DNA of 64,000 bases from Rhizodiscina lignyota. Lineage: Eukaryota. Numbering within the stretch: the stretch's first letter is position 1; each line of letters begins with the position of its first letter. Location: the NCBI GenBank assembly GCA_010015805.1, contig ML978125.1, positions 2,232,001 to 2,296,000 on the forward strand, written 5' to 3'. A program made the translations under genes and the position numbers. The notes beneath the pieces were generated by a model. The model was not told where the DNA came from, searched no databases, and saw nothing but the letters and a program-made list of their open reading frames with translations. Positions 1 to 12,089 of this stretch are shown piece by piece.

Positions 1-9
1 GCGATTCAG

Positions 10-229
10 ATGGCACGGCACTATCCTCGCAAAGCTAGCACTAGTAAAGCAGAACGTCATGAACTCCTACGCCGACCCCATACGGGAACAGGCATCAGAC
101 GCAGGAGCAGCGAGAGAAGGTGATTTCGTTACCTACTTTGGACTATGCGACAACCCCCCGCGAAACTGCGAAAACGAGATGCAACCATATATCGATAAAG
201 CCACCAGGCAATACAACAAGATGAATTGA
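10..229 (+). CDS. 3' exon of a GT34 family alpha-1,6-mannosyl/galactosyltransferase (Mnn11-like), partial
   Basis: After the cag acceptor (7-9) it reads WHGTILAKLALVKQNVMNSY...EGDFVTYFGLCDNPPRNCENEMQPY...*, matching the WHxTILxKLAL...GDFV..F.GC C-terminus of fungal GT34 proteins. TGA at 227-229. Confidence 0.7.
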
Positions 230-735
230 TCTCGACCGGTATGAATTGGTTATGAAGCTTGGCTAGGGATCGACTTCTATGTATAGGACATATTGTGTTT
301 CAAGTCTGTGCATGAATGGCGTATGGTGTCTATGGGAGCACTGGAGAAGCAATAGGCGGCAGCTTTGTGGCCTCCATGTAGAATAGAGATATGCATTCGA
401 GCGTGATCATCTTTTGGCGTCGTAATTCTATCTTCTCGTTCTCGTGGACCACAGGGATTGATAGTCCGCTAGCAATATCAAATTGAGAAGATCGTACATA
501 CCCAGTACACATCTCAACTCCAACTGTGAACCGCTTTGAATCAATTACTCTGCAATGGCCAATGCAGCCTTCGATCATGAAGCTCACTTTCCGTAAATGC
601 CAGATATCACGTGAACGCGCGTTATGTCTTAATTCGCGTCTTGACAATCTCTTCCATCACATCCAATTTGTGCCATCGCAGATCATAAGCTTCTTCACGA
701 CCAATTCGAAGCTGCACGTACGACATTACGCAGCA

Positions 736-1971
736 ATGCTACCTCCAATCAGTCCTCAAGTTCTGGAGCAGAATCCGCGCTTCAAGTCTTTGTACAATGA
801 TCTCAAAGCGTCGCGATTGACCGACGACGGCTCCTCCAAGCTCATCAAGAAACAGAGAGCTCAAGAAGAGTTAAAGAAAGTACGTGTTCTTGACTGTCTT
901 CCAACCTCAATGTTCTCTTTTTTGCAGCGTTCCGGTTGCTAGATTTTATCCTCCTTCCGAATGCGTCCCTCCCTGACTCCTTCATAGAAACTTCAATCTT
1001 CACGCACCGAATTCGCAAAGACTGTCATTCTACAAGATGGATTGGACAAATTGGGCTCAAGAAGCTCGGAATTGCCACCTGAGGTAACCCCAACAACCCA
1101 ATTGAGAGGACACCCGCTGATCCATACAGCTACGGCAAGTTATCCAAGTCGTGTGTGCCCAGCTGGACGGCTCCCTTTCTGCTGCAGACAGGGAGGTACT
1201 AGTCGAGGACTTTGAATATTTCGTTGTATGTCTGATGGCCCTCATCTTTCCCTACGCCCAGCCTCGAGCTCATTTTGGGACATTTAGGAGCACATTGAAC
1301 AAGTGTCAGAAGCGCTGTCGACGTATCTCACACAGAGTGCACAAGGGGTCGCTGCCTTGATTGCTGCAACAGGTAATCAATCCCCCAATCAAACGTCTAT
1401 TTCCAGCTGACTGAGCTGGTTGATAATAACAGACAACCCATCTCCGCAGAGACAACTAGCAATATCCCTTCTAGCATCGAAGGCCGTTGCTCTGCGTAAT
1501 ACTCTAACATTGCAGACGTCCAATATCGCCAACAAGACCATCCAGATCGCCGATCTAGCCGCTTCCATCTCCCTAATCAACCGGGATATCCTCCAGGTCA
1601 CAGTTCGCATCCTCGAGCAATCCATGCACGGAAGTGTATCGCGCGCCACTCGCGCCAAGGCAGAGCATTTAGCCACCGTTGCTCGTGGAATGGAACTCAA
1701 GCTTTCGATCATCACGCACGCTGCCGGCTCGGCCGATGGAGCATCTGGAGGCGGGAGTGACGGGGTTGGTCGAGCTCTGAAGGCGTATGGCGCCCATTTG
1801 AGGAGGTTGAAGGACGATCTCAATGCTGAGGAGAGAGCATTGGAGACGAAGTTGAAGGATTATGAGAATGCCGGAGGAGGGATGAAGGATATCGCAAAGC
1901 GATATGCAGAGCTAATGACGGAGACGGCGGAGGTAAAAGAGGAGATTGCGAGACTGCAAGAGGCGGATTAG
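736..1971 (+). CDS. HAUS augmin-like complex subunit 4-like coiled-coil protein (multi-exon)
   Basis: ATG at 736 (MLPPISPQVLEQNPRFKSLYNDL), with GT..AG introns (e.g. 880-987, 1084-1129). The last exon ILEQSMHG...AEHLATVARGMELKL...LKDYENAGGGMKDIAKRYAEL resembles the HAUS4 C-terminus. Confidence 0.55.
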
Positions 1972-2023
1972 GCGCTGATGACATTTGTGCTTTACCCAGG
2001 TAATTGCAATCCGGTTCTACATC

Positions 2024-3376
2024 TCAAGTGTCGATTTCAGATCGAAGGAGAGGAATAGAGGCGACTTCCTCATAAGCTTCGTCCACAATGTTGCCGGCGG
2101 CGTCGAATGTTTTCTTCGCGCCCATCTTGCAGATTGCAATCTTCTCAATACGAACACCATCGGCCCACACGAAGTCTTTGTACAGCTCCAATAGGGCTGT
2201 AGCATCAACCCGGAGCGGCGCTCTCGCGTTTGGTCCGTGGCCAGAGCTTCTGTCCCGCGAACTTCGTTTTACGTAGATCGTATTCAACACTGTAGCATGG
2301 AGCTTCAACTGCCGGTCATCCTTAACCATGAGTCCTGCATCCGTGAAGAGCGTTCGGAGATGTTTACAGAGAGGAAGTAGGAGGCCCGAAGGGTCATCGG
2401 GCCCAGCGTATAGAATAGAAGTCTTCCTTGCGGGATGCATTGAGTGCAAAGATTTCAGTGCGACTGTTATGGTCGAAGCCCTCTCGTGGAGTGAAGATGC
2501 CGAGGTATTAAGGCCGCTTTTCGTCACTTCCTGGGCGGGCATTTCCTCCATTTTCGACTCCCCTTGGTCGCTAGCATGTCTTGGAGGTGAGACTGCTCGC
2601 TTGAGCGTGTGTATAGCGCCAGAGACCACACTCGACAGACTACTACTTCCTGCGGCAGATTCGCCACTAGCTTGAGTCTGTCCCTGGTCTTGTTCGAGCT
2701 CAGGGGAAATGATAGTAGAAAGGTCCACCTCGTTCAGCATTTGGAAAGCTGCATCTATTCTGTCCGGGTCTGTCAAGCTCATCACTCCGATTGTTAGATG
2801 TAGTGCGCCAACAGGACGAACAGCTGATGCAGGAATCTGCTGACCACGACTTGCGCCTTCATTATTCGCTTCATTTCCTTCTAAATGTTCTCCGAGTGCC
2901 CCAGGGTCCTCAGCAGAGACAGCATCGCTAGACCTGCTTGCTGCCAACTTGATATCGTCCCGAAAGCGAGCTAGAGACTGTTGGAGTTGTGGTCGCGATG
3001 AAGCCGTCACTAACGGAACGCAGAGGAAATGTGTCAGAGGAGGCTTTTTGGGCCTTTGCGACGTTGACGATGTAGACTGTCCCTCTACTGATTGGTCTTG
3101 TGCAACCCCTCCTTTGAAGGCTTTTGAGATGTTTCTCCCGCCTCTTTTCCGAGCCATTGTGGACGAACTTAATGCGCGATGTTTCTGGAGGCTAAGTTGA
3201 GGAATCAACAGGTCCAGATGAATTCTTGAGCGGAGAACTGTTGACTGGCGATGATATAGCTGGTTTCCCCTAGGCCTTTGAAGGCAAGTTTCGAGTAGCG
3301 GAACGGGCGGACGGGTTACATTTAGAATAAGTTTGCGGAGTGCGGTGGTGGTTTGGAAGCTCCGATGGTGAAGCAT
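2024..3376 (-). CDS. 2H phosphoesterase, AKAP7 / ASCC1-like (2'-5' RNA ligase-like domain)
   Basis: THFLCVPL plus two HxT motifs (LHLTIGVMSL; LKLHATVLNT) and C-terminal IAICKMG. Candidate ATGs at 3376 and 3157. Confidence 0.8.
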   Translation of the reverse strand: MLHHRSFQTTTALRKLILNVTRPPVPLLETCLQRPRGNQLYHRQSTVLRSRIHLDLLIPQLSLQKHRALSSSTMARKRGGRNISKAFKGGVAQDQSVEGQSTSSTSQRPKKPPLTHFLCVPLVTASSRPQLQQSLARFRDDIKLAASRSSDAVSAEDPGALGEHLEGNEANNEGASRGQQIPASAVRPVGALHLTIGVMSLTDPDRIDAAFQMLNEVDLSTIISPELEQDQGQTQASGESAAGSSSLSSVVSGAIHTLKRAVSPPRHASDQGESKMEEMPAQEVTKSGLNTSASSLHERASTITVALKSLHSMHPARKTSILYAGPDDPSGLLLPLCKHLRTLFTDAGLMVKDDRQLKLHATVLNTIYVKRSSRDRSSGHGPNARAPLRVDATALLELYKDFVWADGVRIEKIAICKMGAKKTFDAAGNIVDEAYEEVASIPLLRSEIDT

Positions 3377-4620
3377 CAACAAGCAGTCGTGATTCCCCGG
3401 GCTACTGGCTGACGCCCAAACACTCTCTACAGGCAAATGAGAGTTATAAAGCTACTTGAATGGAAGGTTGTACGTTTTGGGCACTGAATACATAGAGGCT
3501 GATGAAGAAATCCTCACGCATTCTAAATTCAAATTCACGTGACCATATCAAATTTAAACAATTCATGTCACTTATCGTATTAAAGCTCAATTGAATTGAG
3601 GCAGGTGTCCACTCTCTAGAAGCTGAAAACTTCTGTTATCAGAGCAATGCGGGAATAAAATTATGTACGGCCTCTCTCGGACCAGTTCTCATGAGAGAGT
3701 AGCGCACCGCCACATGTCGGTGCCCACCGGTAAATAACCTGGTTGCGATTCGTACAACCTTGCCCAGCTGAAGCCAGGATCCTTGGGCATCTGCGTAGAT
3801 CTTGGTGGCATCCTTGTTTGCCAGCCACTGGCAAGGATGTGATGGCACTTCGTTATTGGATGCATCGATTATGGAGGAACGTTCATGACGCGGTTTGCTG
3901 CAAGTGGGGAAAACCGGTGGTGCGGCATGGAGAACAGCTTAGAGATGGGAGCAGGATCGTAGACGTCATTACAATGGCATTGTAATGTAGAAATGAGTGA
4001 GAGGAGGAAAGGGAGACACTCATGTGCTGCGACACGCTGGGTTAGAGCAGGGCAAGGGTTCGGCTACGGATCGGCGGCGAGACAACCACAACCACAACCA
4101 CATTCGAAGAGTGAACATCACAATCATGGCAAAGCATCGATGAACCATTGAACATAATACTTCTGTGAGGATAATATTGCATTCTACCTCTGTACATTCG
4201 CCTGTACCGCTACGTGCTACGTGCTCCGTGCGCCTTTTCGCATACCGTCAACTCCGATCATCAGCTATCAGCCATTACGGCCTGTGAAGGCCCAAAGCAA
4301 AGGGTGTGGTGAAAAATTCATAAACTTGGGTATCATGAGCGCATGCTATTAGGTGTACACATCAACCGCCGTTCCGTTTGGGTATCGTCGTAAAGGAGTG
4401 TCAGGGAGGCAGCGGCTGACAGGTGTGGGAGGGAGTGACCAGTTCGGTTCTTTTGGAGTATCGCCGTGTGCCATGAACAAAGAGCGTGGAGAAGATAAAG
4501 GGTTATGAGGACCAGCAATCAACCTCATCGATCGAAGCGAAGTTGTGAAGCAGTGCGATACAGGATATGGATCCAGCAAAAGCAAAGGACCGGCTGAGCC
4601 ACTTGGATAGTATGATCCGA

Positions 4621-5552
4621 TCACAGGAGGAGGACAGCAGCCGCAAGAGCACCCATACCGACGAGAGGAGCAGCAGTAGCAATGGGTGCGAGGCCAGCCG
4701 AGCTCGAGCTTGCGGCGGCAGACGATCCCGATGAGCTTCCTGACGCTGAACTTGTCGACTCCGAACTTGCTGATGCTGAACTTGCCGACGCTGAGCTTGC
4801 CGATGCCGACGCCGACGCCGAACTTGCTGACGCTGACGCTGACGCTGAGGCCGAACTTGCTGATGCACTGACACTGGCTGCTATGCTCTGCGCTGATTTG
4901 GAGAGGCTCGCGGCTGAGGCTGAGAGGCTTGCTGCTGATCCTGAGAGGCTCGCAGCGCTTGCTGTAGCACCACCAATAATGCTGAAGAGAGTGGAAGAAC
5001 CTTTAGAGACGAGTGACGATGATGGGCCCAAAGAGACGGTTGTGGTGAAGGCAGAAGTGGTGATCGGCGTCGAAGAGGGAGAACCACTGCTGCCAGGGCT
5101 CGCGCTGCCAGAGCCTGTCACCGCAGCCTGTCCCCCAGTAATTGCGACCACAGCCGCTGGGGTGCCAGTCGTGATTGCCGCTAAGCATGAATCAGTCAAA
5201 GACCTCTCAAACACTCTGATGAGAAAGTATCTTACAAGTGCAGTAGCCGACGCCGTAGGCGATGATATGGGAGGCCTGAGAGGCACCGCAGGCCTCGTTG
5301 CCACAATCTCGAATTCCGTAGCCGAATTTAGGCTCGTTGCAGTAGCAGGTCGCGTTGCCATTGCTACAGCCAAACTCCTTGGCGGCGGTGGCAAGCATGC
5401 GAGTGATACATCCAATCTGCGATTTGAATTAGTAAATAAACAGTGCTCTTGTGGAGCGGAGCAATTGGACTTACACCGCAGGAGTTGATGTCGCTTGGGA
5501 ACTGAGCAACAGCGAAAGCCGTGAGGACAGAGAGGATAGCGAAGGACTTCAT
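4621..5552 (-). CDS. CFEM-domain, Ser/Ala-rich GPI-anchored cell-surface protein
   Basis: Signal peptide MKSFAILSVLTAFAVAQ; CFEM cysteines spread over exons (SCG|..CLATAAKEFGC...CYCNEPKFGYGIRDCGNEAC...YC); SA-repeat stalk; hydrophobic C-terminal tail; two introns. Confidence 0.85.
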
Positions 5553-6581
5553 CTTGGAGGATTGAGGATCACGCTGGCGTTTAAGCTAAAGTTTGGAAGA
5601 TTCTAAAGCTTAGGATGCAGAGAAGAGGTCGCGGCTTAGGATAGCTGGTTGTCGACGAGGTGTGTTTGTTGATGAATGAAGAAGGAAGGGCAGGAGATGT
5701 GTGGGCTGGAAGCTTTTAAAGAGGGGCGAGCTGTTTGTGCTTCAAAGCTTGTTGTGACAGCATGGCAGCTCAGTCACACCTACCTCATTGCCAATGGCAA
5801 TTTCCAGCTATGGCAGGCACGCGGCTGCGTCATTCGTGGGAAGGACAGCGCTGAGACACGTGCAGGTGGAAAGCTTCATATGTCAGGTAGCGCGCTACTC
5901 AAGCTCTCCTCTCACAGCTCCCGAGCAGCGCCCACCAAGCTTTTCCCAGCTTTTCCCAGCTAGCCCGAGGAACTCAACCACGCCGCGGCGAGAATCGCGT
6001 CCTTCCAAGTTCTGCGCGAAGTTCTAGCCACTGCAGTAGCAAAGCTACCCCTGGTCGTTCCATGACGATGCGACAGGCTCTAGCCGGTTGTGGTTAAGCG
6101 CGATCTGCGGCGCGGCACGGTAAGTGGCTGGTTGGGCCAATAAAGCACTAAGGACACGGTTGGACGGCCGGAGAGGGCCAGGCACGGGCCAGGCACCTTT
6201 TTTCACGACGGCAGACGGGAACTCCTATCAGTCTGCCAGCACCGCTACACCACTCATTTCACTTGTCGAAGAGCAATTCATCCAAGACGAATGGGGAGAC
6301 AGACGTCATTCAACCGTCAACTCGTTTCGCCCGTCTACGTAGTAATGCTATCCAGTCTATTTGCCAACGCCAATGGACAGCAAAGAGACGGTCAAACAAC
6401 CTAGCAAACGCAAAGACCTCGCCAGGCGGGGTACCCGATACATCTGGCGAGTGGAGCTTGCAGCACAGACATGACGTGTGGCGCAGCGAGGCTTGCTTTG
6501 GGCCTCTCCACGGCTGAGCATGGAAGCACGGCAGCCCCAGACTGGCAGAAATTTCCTTCAATGCACCCATGCAGCTCCATT

Positions 6582-8598
6582 TCATGCTGCGAGGTCGACA
6601 TGTGCGTTGGTGCGTCGCGGTGGCTCTCCATTCACCAATCCAGCATCGTCGCGACCTTGCTCACCGATCGACGTCATCGGTGCTACTGCAGGCTCCGCAC
6701 CGGCTTTTGTCTCTTTCTGCTGCGCTTGTGCCTCCAAGTGTTTCTTCTCGGCACGCGCAATAGTCTGCATTGACGCTCCGAGCTTGTTAATCGTCTCCAC
6801 GTATTCCTCATAGGGGTCGGAGTCAAAGACGATTCCGCCGCCGGCCTGGAGGTATGCGATGCCGCCCTTAACCAGCATCGTTCGCAGTGCGATGCAAGTG
6901 TCCATGGCACCCTCTGATACTTGGCCATTCTCTGCCACGCTGTCGTACCCCTAAAACAGGATTATTAGGATGTTACAAATATCAATATATGCAAGGTTTC
7001 TTACAAAGTACCCCACCGCTCCGGCATAGACTCCACGCTTTTCCCCTTCGAGTTCCGCGATCAGCTCCATCGCGCGCACCTTGGGCGCGCCAGAAGTCTA
7101 GTGTTTAGTGAAATTAGTACGGTTTCGGACCGGTCCTTGCACCACTAGGGCTAACCTACTGTACCAGCGGGAAAGATCGATCGGAAGGCATCAAAACGGG
7201 TTTTGCCCTGCCGCAGTACGCCCGAGACTTCAGACGTGAGGTGCTGCACATGCGAGAAACGTTGGACTATCATGAGTCTGTCAACCTTTGTGGACAGCGG
7301 ATCTGCCACCCTGTTTACATCATTCCGGGCCTAAAACTCATGAGTCATCATCCTAACAAAATATACGACGTTCTTACCAAGTCAACCAGCATGACATGTT
7401 CTGCTCTGTCTTTCAACGAGTTCCGAAGTTGTTCCGCTAGCTCGTCGTCCTCTTCAAGAGACAATCCTCTTTTGACCGTTCCAGCGATGGGGTGAGTGAC
7501 GATTCTGCCTTGCTCTGACTTTACCAGAACTTCTGGAGAGGCCCCAACCAGCTGGAAATCTTGGCAGTCCACGAAGAATAGGTATGGTGACGGATTGACC
7601 GTTCGTAGCTCACGATAAATGTTGAACGGATGCAACGATGTCGGACGAGCATATCGCTGGGAGGGTACGCATTGAATGATATCTCCCTTCATGATATGTT
7701 TGCGGAGAACTTTGACGTGGTTTTCATAGCCGGACTGGCCAATATTCGATACTGCCTCCTGGTTCGGTACGATAGGCCCTTGTGGCGGGAGAGGTGTCTC
7801 CTCACTTCTCAGTATGCTGACCATCTCTCGCAGAACTTTGCTGCCTTCTTCATACGCTCGTTCCAGATTGCCATCCTCCGGTACCCGTAAGAAAGTAATA
7901 ACTTGGACGAGCTGGAAGAAATGGTCGACTGCGACGACGGTATCGAACAGCATGAAGAAGCTCTCCGGTATCTTCAATGGATCACTCATATCCCGCTTTG
8001 TCTTCGGTTCGAAATATTTGACGCAATCGTAACCCACATATCCAATACCTCCTCCAATAAGTGGGGGTAGCCTCAGTCCAGGTATTTGCGCGACGCGAAA
8101 CTTCGACAATTCTTGCTGGAGAATTGGCAGTGGGTCTGTTTCTTCGCCAAAGCCGGGGCCCGTCTGTATAACCTTTCGAGGACCTGCAAGCGATAGCTTA
8201 GCCTGGAGATCATCCATCCCAACTTTAGATGACTCACCTGTGCCAACGAAGCTGTACCTTCCAATTGTACCTGTTGTTCCGGCACTCTCGAAGAGAAATG
8301 ACAGTTTAGATTGTGACCTAGTCCATCTCTTAGTATATGTGTCCAACTGCATGTTCCGTGAGTCACTGACTTCGCTGTGAGTTTCAGATATATCGAGGTA
8401 GGTGTGAGAATGTCTGCGGAGATGGGTGCGACCAGAGGAATGAGGTTTGGAGGATTCGGCGAGTTTGAAGAGGAAGAAACCGCCTTTTGGACAGCGTCTA
8501 AGGAGGGTAGAATATCGAGCTATAACCCAAGATTATTAGCAAACTTGTTTGCGGGACTGGACGGAGAGGTAGCGAATCTAGCGTACCCTGGACGCCAT
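6582..8598 (-). CDS. TRP2: Anthranilate synthase component I
   Basis: [58 protein letters not shown] and MDTCIALRT...[10 protein letters not shown] motifs. ATG at 8598 and several GT-AG introns. Confidence 0.97.
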
Positions 8599-9038
8599 CC
8601 TGTCCGACTCAATTGGGCCAATCGTTCCAAAGTTCGAGCAAATGGATTATTGTTATAAGATAGGTGTCATGGGAAGAGTTCAAATAGAGTTGTCGGAGCA
8701 GCGCCGGGATGACAGTCGCATGTCGCATCACCTTCGAAATTTCAAAGTCCAATCCCAGCATTCGCAGGTCTTGGCCGCACCACCCATGTCGATCTTGGCG
8801 CGGGGCAGATGAATAGCCCCGAACTTCCGAATTAGTGCACACCTCCACCAGCCTCCCATCCAACCACTCGCCTTGCGCACTGTCCATCCACCGCTTGCAG
8901 CACAATAGCGGGAATTAGCTATTCATCATGTGCTCTCCCTCCCACATCTCCTAGACCACCATCCTCCCCGTCGCAAAAACACATCGCATCGACCAAAATC
9001 TCTACTCACCGCTATCTCGCGTTTGCCTCCGCACTGCG

Positions 9039-10493
9039 ATGCTCTCAATCATGACACCCTCCGCATCGGCCGAGCCGCGAACGCCCTCGCCTTCTCGTCC
9101 ATCCACTCGCGGACTCGTCGATTCGCCGTTCAGTGACTATTACACCGACTCGTCGGCCTTCTCACCCGACCCACCACCGCAGTTTGCGCAGTTTGCGTCG
9201 CCTGCGCAAAGGAAGCTTCTTACTCGCCTCAATCGCATCGGCACGCAGATTCTAAAGCGCACGCAAAGCGAAGATGCGAACAGCGTGTTGAGTCGCGAAT
9301 TGGACATATTGGAGAGCGCGGTAGGCGCGCCGATTCCGAGGACACGGGAGGGAGACGACGTGGTCGATTCAGCGCTGTTCATGGATGAGGACGACGGTGA
9401 TATCGAGAGCTCGGACGACGAGGAAGAGGAAGGTCAAGAGCAAGGACAGGGAGGACAGGAAGAGATGACCGAGTCGCGAAATGGACTTGGTGCGCGCATG
9501 AGCAGTAGCCCCGAGTCTGAGCTTTTGGATTCGCCTGTCGAAGAGCAGCAACACCAAGAAGAGCTTGAACATGACATGTCCGGCAAAGTCGTCATGGATG
9601 CGGAAGATGCGCATGCATTGGTCGCGAGGGTCACCAAAGTTGCGAGTGAGCTTCGAGAGAGATTTGAGGAGACGAAGCACATGAACGACCTTATGGTCAC
9701 GAAGATGGAGACTGCCTCGAATGAAGTTCTTCACTTGAGATCGGAGAATGAAGCGTTAAGGGCCGATCTGTCATTCGATCACTCGGAGCTATTGTTTCTC
9801 AAGCTTCAGCTCAAGGCGGTCGAATTGGCGATCGACGCACATGCAGACGGCGACAAGCAGTTCACGAACAACCTCAGCAAGAGCTTGACCGACGGCATCG
9901 AGAAATGGAAGAGCGATTGGCAGGACGTCGATCTCAAGTTCAAAGCACGACGCGCCAAGTACGGCATGACTGAGCCTCCGGAAGAGCAGACGAGCCCATC
10001 ACCCAAGACTTTCGACGAGGATGGACATATCAAGATGCCTGAGGTCATGAAGGCTAAGATGCCGAAGAAGATCTTGTCCATCACACGCCCACACAACACG
10101 AGGTCTTTCACGGCTCCACCACCGATGCAAAATCAGCCACCAACCCCGCCTCTGACTGCTAGGGATGGCGAGAGTAATGGTGATGAGGATGAACAGGCGG
10201 CGATACTGGAGTCGCAGAAGGCGCTAGATTCTGACGCGATCACGACTTCAGACGAAGAAGAGGAAGACGATATGGACGACTTATCTGACGGTGACGAAGA
10301 AGAAGAAGAAGAGAATGATGAAGATGAAGATGGTGATGACGATGACGATGATGATGAGGCCTCCGTTGATGAAGAGGAGGATGTTGACGAACTTGAAGCT
10401 GCAGCGCCCGAGAAGACTCCTTTCCAGGAGCTTTGGGACAGCTTGACTGAATTTGTCGGTATGGCAAGAGGTGACGACGACGACGACGACTGA
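9039..10493 (+). CDS. Hypothetical protein with central coiled coil and very acidic tracts
   Basis: Intronless 484-aa ORF with heptad region LHLRSENEALRADL...LKLQLKAVE, D/E-rich tail and the motif KTPFQELWDSLTEFVG. Divergent from TRP2. Confidence 0.75.
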   Translation: MLSIMTPSASAEPRTPSPSRPSTRGLVDSPFSDYYTDSSAFSPDPPPQFAQFASPAQRKLLTRLNRIGTQILKRTQSEDANSVLSRELDILESAVGAPIPRTREGDDVVDSALFMDEDDGDIESSDDEEEEGQEQGQGGQEEMTESRNGLGARMSSSPESELLDSPVEEQQHQEELEHDMSGKVVMDAEDAHALVARVTKVASELRERFEETKHMNDLMVTKMETASNEVLHLRSENEALRADLSFDHSELLFLKLQLKAVELAIDAHADGDKQFTNNLSKSLTDGIEKWKSDWQDVDLKFKARRAKYGMTEPPEEQTSPSPKTFDEDGHIKMPEVMKAKMPKKILSITRPHNTRSFTAPPPMQNQPPTPPLTARDGESNGDEDEQAAILESQKALDSDAITTSDEEEEDDMDDLSDGDEEEEEENDEDEDGDDDDDDDEASVDEEEDVDELEAAAPEKTPFQELWDSLTEFVGMARGDDDDDD

Positions 10494-11110
10494 ACTCTGC
10501 ACCATCCCTTTGACGATACATGTGCGTGGGGCATCTACTCACGCTTCGATCTTTGAGGGTTTTGCACTTTGCGGGGGCTAGTTGTTGCACTTTTGGATGG
10601 GCTCACAGTGACCACAAAGTAGCATTTGCTTCACAGCATCTTGGTTACTGTCACGAATCTCTTTCCTTTCTTTGGATGATGTGAATGGACTGCGAATGGA
10701 ACTGGCATTCTGCATGACTGATACCCCGCGCATTGAGGATGGTACATATGCGGCGTTTGGGGGATACTTGTGTCCGAGCGTGCTGGAGTATCTTAAAGTC
10801 TATTCTGTAGTTCGCTATGCATGCAGGCAGAACAATACAGGACAAATTCAATACCAAACTCGATTTCTGTGCCCCGGTTTAATCAGTCGTGTGACTGAGC
10901 CCATATTGATGCGAATCATTCTTCGATCGGAACCCCACCATGCCCCTCTTGCCTTATCAGAACAGCTTTCAAGAGCTATCCTCTCCGCCGGCCACTTAAA
11001 CTGAATGTCCTTCACTAACTTTGAGCTGGCTCATGACTCGCAACTCAAGGGGTTAAATTCATCTAGTTTCCTGTCCTCCAGCTAGAGTCCTAATATCCGA
11101 AGCTGCTGTC

Positions 11111-12089
11111 ATGGCGGCAACCTTAGCACATTCACATGACGGCATCTCGCATGCTCACGACGGAGTGAGAGACCATGGACACAGCCATGAGATACTCGAC
11201 GGACCAGGGAGCTTCCTTGGGCGAGAGATGCCGATAATAGAGGGCAGAGATTGGAACGAGAGAGCATTCACTGTGGGAATTGGAGGGTAGGTTAACGAGT
11301 TTCAACGCTCATCTCATCAACCAAATTCCAGTCAATGTCAACATCTCTCTGCGTGGCCACCTTCTCAATTGAATTCTTCAAATACCTATTGGTTGCTTTG
11401 TATGTAAAGTAAAAATGCTCACAGCCTCCCTCTAGCCCCGTCGGCTCGGGCAAGACCGCCCTGATGCTCGCCCTCTGCCAATCCCTTCGCGACAAAATCT
11501 CGCTCGCCGCCCTCACAAACGACATCTTCACCCGCGAAGACCACGACTTCCTCGTGCGGCACTCCGCTCTACCAGCATCCCGCATCCGCGCCATCGAGAC
11601 GGGCGGCTGCCCACACGCCGCCGTGCGCGAGGACATCAGCGCGAACCTGTCGTGCCTCGAGGACCTGCACCGCGAGTTCGACACGGATCTGCTGCTCATT
11701 GAAAGTGGAGGGGATAACCTGGCAGCGAACTATAGCAGGGAGTTGGCAGATTTCATCATTTATGTCATTGATGTGAGTGGTGGGGACAAGATTCCGAGGA
11801 AGGGCGGGCCTGGCATCACGCAGAGCGATCTGCTGATTGTGAACAAGACGGACTTGGCGGAGGCGGTGGGCGCCGATTTGGGGGTGATGGAGAGAGATGC
11901 GAGGAAGATGCGGTACGTCCGATTGCGCTCATCAACTCTGTGTGATATGGTACTTACTCAAGATATAGCGAGGGCGGCCCGACAATATTCGCGCAGGTGA
12001 AGAATGGTAAGAACGTGGATCACATAGTCAACCTAATACTCAGTGCATGGAAGGCAAGTGGAGCAACGCAGGCACAAGGCAAGAGATAA
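11111..12089 (+). CDS. ureG: Urease accessory GTPase UreG
   Basis: His-rich N-terminus ([20 protein letters not shown]), P-loop [33 protein letters not shown] and NKTD. Two introns; last exon ends ...GKR TAA at 12089. Confidence 0.96.

Noticed and set aside
4682..5488. 268-aa plus-strand ORF with ELADA repeats
   Set aside because: Antisense shadow of the Ser/Ala-rich CFEM gene.
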